From assembly GCA_964658305.1 (NCBI GenBank), contig OZ210885.1, positions 23,870,001-23,934,000 of the forward strand: a stretch of 64,000 nucleotides of DNA. Reading direction: 5' to 3'. The position numbers and the translations under genes are program-made. This document shows positions 63,051 through 64,000 of the stretch, in pieces. The notes under the pieces were generated by a model. That model did no database searches. It worked only from the letters and a program-made list of their open reading frames with translations, and was not told the DNA's origin. How positions within the stretch are numbered: position 1 is the stretch's first letter; each line of letters begins with the position of its first letter. The DNA is from Leptogorgia sarmentosa (taxonomy: Eukaryota).

Positions 63051-64000
63051 TTACATGTTGAATATCTTTTTGTCTTTTTATGTACCGTTTTTTATTGAAA
63101 AACTAGATCTATTTGGTTAGCAAATTGCATCCGGTAGAATTACTAGGCCTATATTAGTTTACAACCAAGGCTAAACTTTCTTACAGATTCAAATTGACCC
63201 AGACTCACATGTGCTCCCCAAACGTACATTATGAAGTAGCAGTTAACATTCAGTTGCTGAATGATGTTGCACACTTACTAAATGTTTGTAGAAGGTATAC
63301 CTATGTTAAAAAATCAGTTAACTTGTAAACTGGAAAGTAATTCAAGTTCAAAATATTGTTTTATTCCATTGCAACTACAATGTATAATCCAAAATGAATT
63401 CGTTTTCGAGTTTGTTTCAATTTTTCAGGTTTGCTGAATACTCTAATGACTTTCAACAGAATAGCCACTCATTCAAATTGGCTTCAGCTTTCGCATTATG
63501 GCGAATGCTTCGGATCAACTTTGTGGAAAGTTGGGGTGAGTGCATGTCTGCACTGTAGGTACATATGACATTTTTGTATAAACGCTTTCGTAAACTTATT
63601 TTTTCAGGGCAGCTTTTATAAAAAGCATTGTACACAAAAGTTTTTACTGTTATAATTCGATCTTGATACTGGTAAACGCAAGTTGTCAAGTGTAGAGAAC
63701 TTGAAAACTGACAAGTCGCAGCTCCTGCATGTTTGATACACCGAGTACCAACTTCCAAAACGGCTGAAAAAGCGGTTCACATGTTGTTGCCAATTTGTTC
63801 ATTATACTGTATATTTTCACACCCAACGTATCTAAAATTGAGGAAACAGTAGGTACAGGTTATATGTAGTTTTATATCTAGCATTTGGTCAATGACAATA
63901 TGTCTATAGTATAAATTGAGGTCTCCATAACAATTCTTGCAATCTGATTGATTGACACAACACATCTCTCTAACAATTTTTAAATTACTTAAGGCAGCCA

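Noticed and set aside
63453..63965. Minus-strand ORFs at the window end
   Set aside because: No recognisable motifs.

Overview
Eukaryotic, AT-rich, intron-containing DNA, most likely from a marine invertebrate such as an anthozoan cnidarian (inferred from the repeat families, not proven). The window is a dense nest of transposons with no recognisable host housekeeping gene, rRNA, tRNA or CRISPR array. LTR retrotransposons: one structurally complete Gypsy (10877-15322; 118-bp LTRs differing at 2 positions, GGTGG TSD) inserted in the gag of an older Gypsy; three BEL/Pao remnants, one a two-element chimera; and a Gmr1-like scrap. Non-LTR elements: four CR1-group LINE copies and a Penelope-like RT fragment. 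DNA transposons: an Academ with both TIRs sitting inside a Kolobok transposase gene, a second Academ fragment, a Ginger1-like 3' half (Ulp1+PHD), an internally deleted Kolobok, hAT, Helentron and P-like pieces, and several MITEs with clean TSDs. The least explained signal is at 45.8-63.3 kb. A spliced P-loop ATPase/helicase-like gene (Walker A GETSSGKST) and a probable second homolog lie next to KDZ/HMGXB3-like transposase fragments, which suggests a large helicase-carrying mobile element. All family assignments come from motif recognition by eye; no database searches were run.
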